A DNA stretch of 26,063 bases from Cyanophora paradoxa CCMP329 (taxonomy: Eukaryota > Plantae > Glaucophyta): the NCBI GenBank assembly GCA_004431415.1, contig QPMI01000274.1:1-26063 (forward strand), written 5' to 3'. A model generated the notes under the pieces. That model saw nothing but the letters and a program-made list of their open reading frames with translations, searched no databases and had not been told where the DNA came from. Shown piece after piece: positions 22,366 through 26,063 of this stretch. Both the position numbers and the translations under genes were made by a program. The stretch's first letter is position 1. Each line of letters begins with the position of its first letter.

Positions 22366-22631
22366 ATGTCGACCCCAGGAGCACACTCTTTGGGAGGAAG
22401 AGATGGAGTGGACCTCCAGCTCATCTCCCAACCCCCTTCTGGCGGGCCGCGCGGCGGGTGGTGGCCTCGTGGGCGGCCTCGGGGGCGGCTCCGGCCTTGA
22501 GCTTGTCCCCGCCCCTCCCCCTCCCCCGGGCCCCGCCCCTCCCCCGGCCCGTCCCTCCCCCCGCCCTCCCCCCGGGCCCGTCCTCCCTCCCCGGGCCCGC
22601 CCCTCCCCCCGGCCCGGGCCCGCCCTCCCCC

Positions 22632-22685
<54 letters not shown>

Positions 22686-22689
22686 CCCG

Positions 22690-22726
<37 letters not shown>

Positions 22727-25700
22727 CCCCGGCCCCGCCCCTCCCCCCGGGCCCGTCCCTCCCCCCGGGCCCGCCCCTCCCCCCGGGCCCGTCCCTCCCC
22801 CCGGCCCCCCCCCCTCCCCCCGGCCCCGCCCCTCCCCCCGGGCCCGTCCCTCCCCCGGCCCCGCCCCTCCCCCGGGCCGCCCCCCCCCCCGGCCCTGTCC
22901 CTCCCCCTCCCCCCGGCCCGGTGCGGCGCGGGAGGCGCGGCGCGGGAGGCGGCGCGGGAGGCGGCACGGGAGGCGGCGCGGCGGGTGGCGCCCTGGACGC
23001 GCAGCGGGCGGCGACGCTGGTGGCGCTGGCAGAAGGCGACAAGCACATGCACCCTTCGAGATCTGTGCGTTTCTCTGTGAAATCTGCACGCCGCCTCTTT
23101 GTCTTATCATGTTTGCAGATCTGGACCCCCAAGTGCATTATGTGGAGGACATCATCGTCGACCTGCCCCCTGCCAGATGCTTGCGTGCACTGCGCAACCT
23201 GTTTGTGGGCACAAAGGGAGCGTTTCGAGGCCCCAAATTTCAGAGTTGTGTTGATTGCTTGATGAGGTGCTCTGCAGCTCAAAGAATTGATCGAATGGAA
23301 TCTAAGACCAACTTCTCCAGGTGACAGAAGCGGCTCGGCAAGCTCAGGCGAACGCTTGTCGGTTGCAGTTTCGAGGTGAACCAGCAAAGAACCGGACACG
23401 GACACTGGAGGATCTCCATGCTCTGAAGCACTTCATGAGCACTGCGTCCTCGATCTTCTTTAGCTTGAGATTCGCCATGAGATACTGCATTTAGGTCGCA
23501 CTCGAATCGCCAAGCCTTCAGCGCACCGGTCCCGACCCTCATCCAGATGCTGATATAGCTGCTGGCGACAAGGAAGATACCTCAAGCTCTTCTCAACTCG
23601 ATGAGCTCATTGATATGGACGTAAGCATCTATCTTCTTGGCCAGTTGAAGCACGGCACTCACTGCAGGCACAGTGTGCATTTTGGGCCTTGGCGTGCCAG
23701 GGGCGCACGGTGAGTTTGCAGTGGATACGGACCTTCGAGCCAGGCACTACGACTGGCTAAAGGCCCGGGTGACGAGCTTCTATACCAACAAGATCTACAT
23801 CCGTGAGAGACGACTGCGAGAGATAGATCTGGCACGTGTCCATGCCAGCTTGCCTCGTGCTTCTTTGCTTACTTGCTGCCCGGTCAGGTCATCTTGTCTC
23901 TGGACTTTTCAGGAGGGCAAGGATGACACAAGTACTAGCGATGACAAACGATCATACGCTGTTGAATCGAAGATGTTCCTATCGCTCTGGATAGAGGTGT
24001 TCTTCTACGGGCGATCGAGCAATTCATCACTCGATTTCTACAGTACGTCCCCTTCAAATCACTGCCATTCTATTTGAAAACCGAAATGTGATGCAGCCCC
24101 TGATGATGGCGAGATCCGCTCAGCTGCTGCTGTGCTCACACAGCTTCTGGCCCTGCGGCCAGGAGACGCTGAGTTGGACCGTGAGCCTGCACGGGCACAA
24201 GGTCTTGCAAATGCTTTCATGGAGGTGCACGATGCTTTCATGCTCTGTCTTTTCGTAACATGTTCTTAATTTATATTAGGTCACAAACGGACAGTCTGAA
24301 ATCAAACCTTCTGCGTATGCAAGCGACTCTCGGGCTCAGCCAGCAAGCAATGTACCTTGGCACGAAGGAAGAAATGAAGGGCCAGTTCCGCAGTCTCGCT
24401 CATCAGTGCACGCAGCACAGCAGCAGACACGGGAAGGCGAATCACTCCAGCTGTGGTATGCATCCGGGGGGGGGGGGGGGGCGGAGGGGGGTAAAGTTTT
24501 TTTCTTACCAATGGCGACGCAGGCTTCATGCATGTGTGGAGCTTGCAGCAGCAGCTGCAGAGGCCGCGTTGGTTGGAAGAGTTGCCACGTGGGAAACGGA
24601 AGCGCGAAGCGCAAGGCGCAGGACGATCTCGTGTCGTACCCGGAGGTGAAGAAGCTTCTTTCGGAAAGTGCAACGCGTACGGAGGCAACAGGGATGCGGT
24701 CGTGGCGGCAAGATTGCAAGCGATGTGCAGGTCCTGCAGGCTGTTCGGAAGAGCGGCAAGGAGCTTCTTCGCCTTCTTGCAGGGCCGGCAAGCAGCATAT
24801 CAGTCGGCATTATCTTCTCAGACCTTGTCCGCAAATCGCGTTTTCGGCGGTGGGCGGACAATTGCCAACCAGCTCATATTCAAAGGCCTTGTAGATCTAG
24901 CCAAGGCATTCGACGCAGAGCGAAGCAGCGTGGGAGGCGCGCGGCAAGCAGGTCAAGACCCAGGCCCGGCTCCCGAACAGGCGCCAAGTCCAATGGAGGT
25001 TCGACTACCCCCCCCCCTCCAACCCCCCTCCCCTTCGCTACGCGTACCCCCCCCCCCCGACACGTGGAGCTGATGCGCGTACCCTGCCGTTCTCCACAGG
25101 CGTGCCACGAGGCAATGGGAAACCCTGCCGTTCTCCACCACGAAGCGCCGGCGAACGAGCTCTTCACCCGGCTGCGCATGAAGCCAGAGCTGGCGGTGCG
25201 TCGGGGGTACGAAGACGACGCCACAGAAGGGGTTACTGAACTCTAATTCCGGTGCAGGAGAAATACGGTACAGGTCGCGCAGCGCGAGAACAGCTTTCAG
25301 GCTCTGAAGCAAGTGGCTGCAGTGCTGGAACAGATGGGCTCCAAGTCAGATGTTCTAACACACCGGATGCTGAATGGGGGCAACGACTCTGGAGAGGAGT
25401 ACCCCGAGGTGGACGAACTCGGCGCGACGGCATACAGGAGAACTACACGGAAAGTCCAACAGGTACGAGCAACGGTTATCGCAAATGCTCAAGCTCACGA
25501 GAAACTCAGCCAAACGGCGCGGGACAATTGGTCGATGTGGACATCGATGTTGAGGCGTATGTGCCTCCGCCATACACGAGGCGAAACAAGCCTCTATGGC
25601 TAGGCACACCTGAGCGGCCTATTCCGACACCCATCCTGTCCTGCTTGTACAGACGGTCCGCGTACCCCCCTTCTCTTTTCTTTCTTTTCCTTTGTTCTTT

Positions 25701-26063
25701 TCCTTCTTATTTCCCTTCTCCCGCTGAACGTGCTCTGACTTGGGCGCGTCGCAGCGTGGCGAACACCGAGAACCGATACTTCAACGCGCTGAGCAATACC
25801 CTGAAGGCGAAAACTGCACTGGTTCCCTGCAATGTCACGGGAGGAAGGAGGCTCCAGATCGGTACGGGGGAGCATCGCCGTGGTCGCAACCGCGATACGG
25901 GACGCGAGGGCAGCGAGCCCCGCAGCACGTGCGTACGTCGAGAAGCTGGCTCGCCTACCGCCAAACGACGTGCACTGGAGTGCACGGCCACGCAAGGTGC
26001 CGCGCGCTGCAGCGTCTCCAGTCAAGTGCACCGGCTTGATGTACGGGAACAACACCGGAGGCA
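22366..26063 (+). CDS. Gene X copy 3 (3' end beyond the window)
   Basis: ATG 22366; same exon series; truncated by the window edge. Confidence 0.62.
22505..22980. repeat. C-rich minisatellite, unit 3, with long pure poly-C runs
   Basis: Homologous to 12001-12420; pure C runs at ~22634-22722 may be base-calling collapse. Confidence 0.85.

Larger units (their letters stand above)
21498..26063 (+). repeat. Tandem repeat unit 3 (runs off the window)
   Basis: Colinear with unit 1 up to the position equivalent to ~15490. Confidence 0.96.

Overview
GC-rich eukaryotic DNA with short (about 50-120 bp) GT-AG and GC-AG introns, in the style of an alga or protist; the taxon cannot be proven from sequence. 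Frequent single-base homopolymer indels suggest low-polish long-read sequence. From left to right: (i) a minus-strand multi-exon gene for a secreted or surface Cys-rich, Pro/Ser/Thr-rich, IPT-like protein (~1540-3382); (ii) four unrelated hAT-type non-autonomous elements (3851-6330), each loaded with its own palindromic 10-mer; (iii) a PIF/Harbinger module, consisting of a Myb/SANT-like gene (+, ~7061-8928) convergent with a 7-exon DDE transposase (-, 8942-10573); (iv) a head-to-tail array of a ~5.2-kb unit (10991 to the window end, about 2.9 copies), each unit carrying an unrecognised intron-rich gene of roughly 1000+ aa. A 318-bp block rich in GCGATCGC palindromes lies ahead of the Myb gene and of every copy of the unknown gene, and an inverted copy of its core motif points toward the transposase. 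The best candidate for a new system is therefore a co-regulated three-gene Harbinger-type element or cassette array with an amplified novel third gene. No element termini (TIR/TSD) were found for it.
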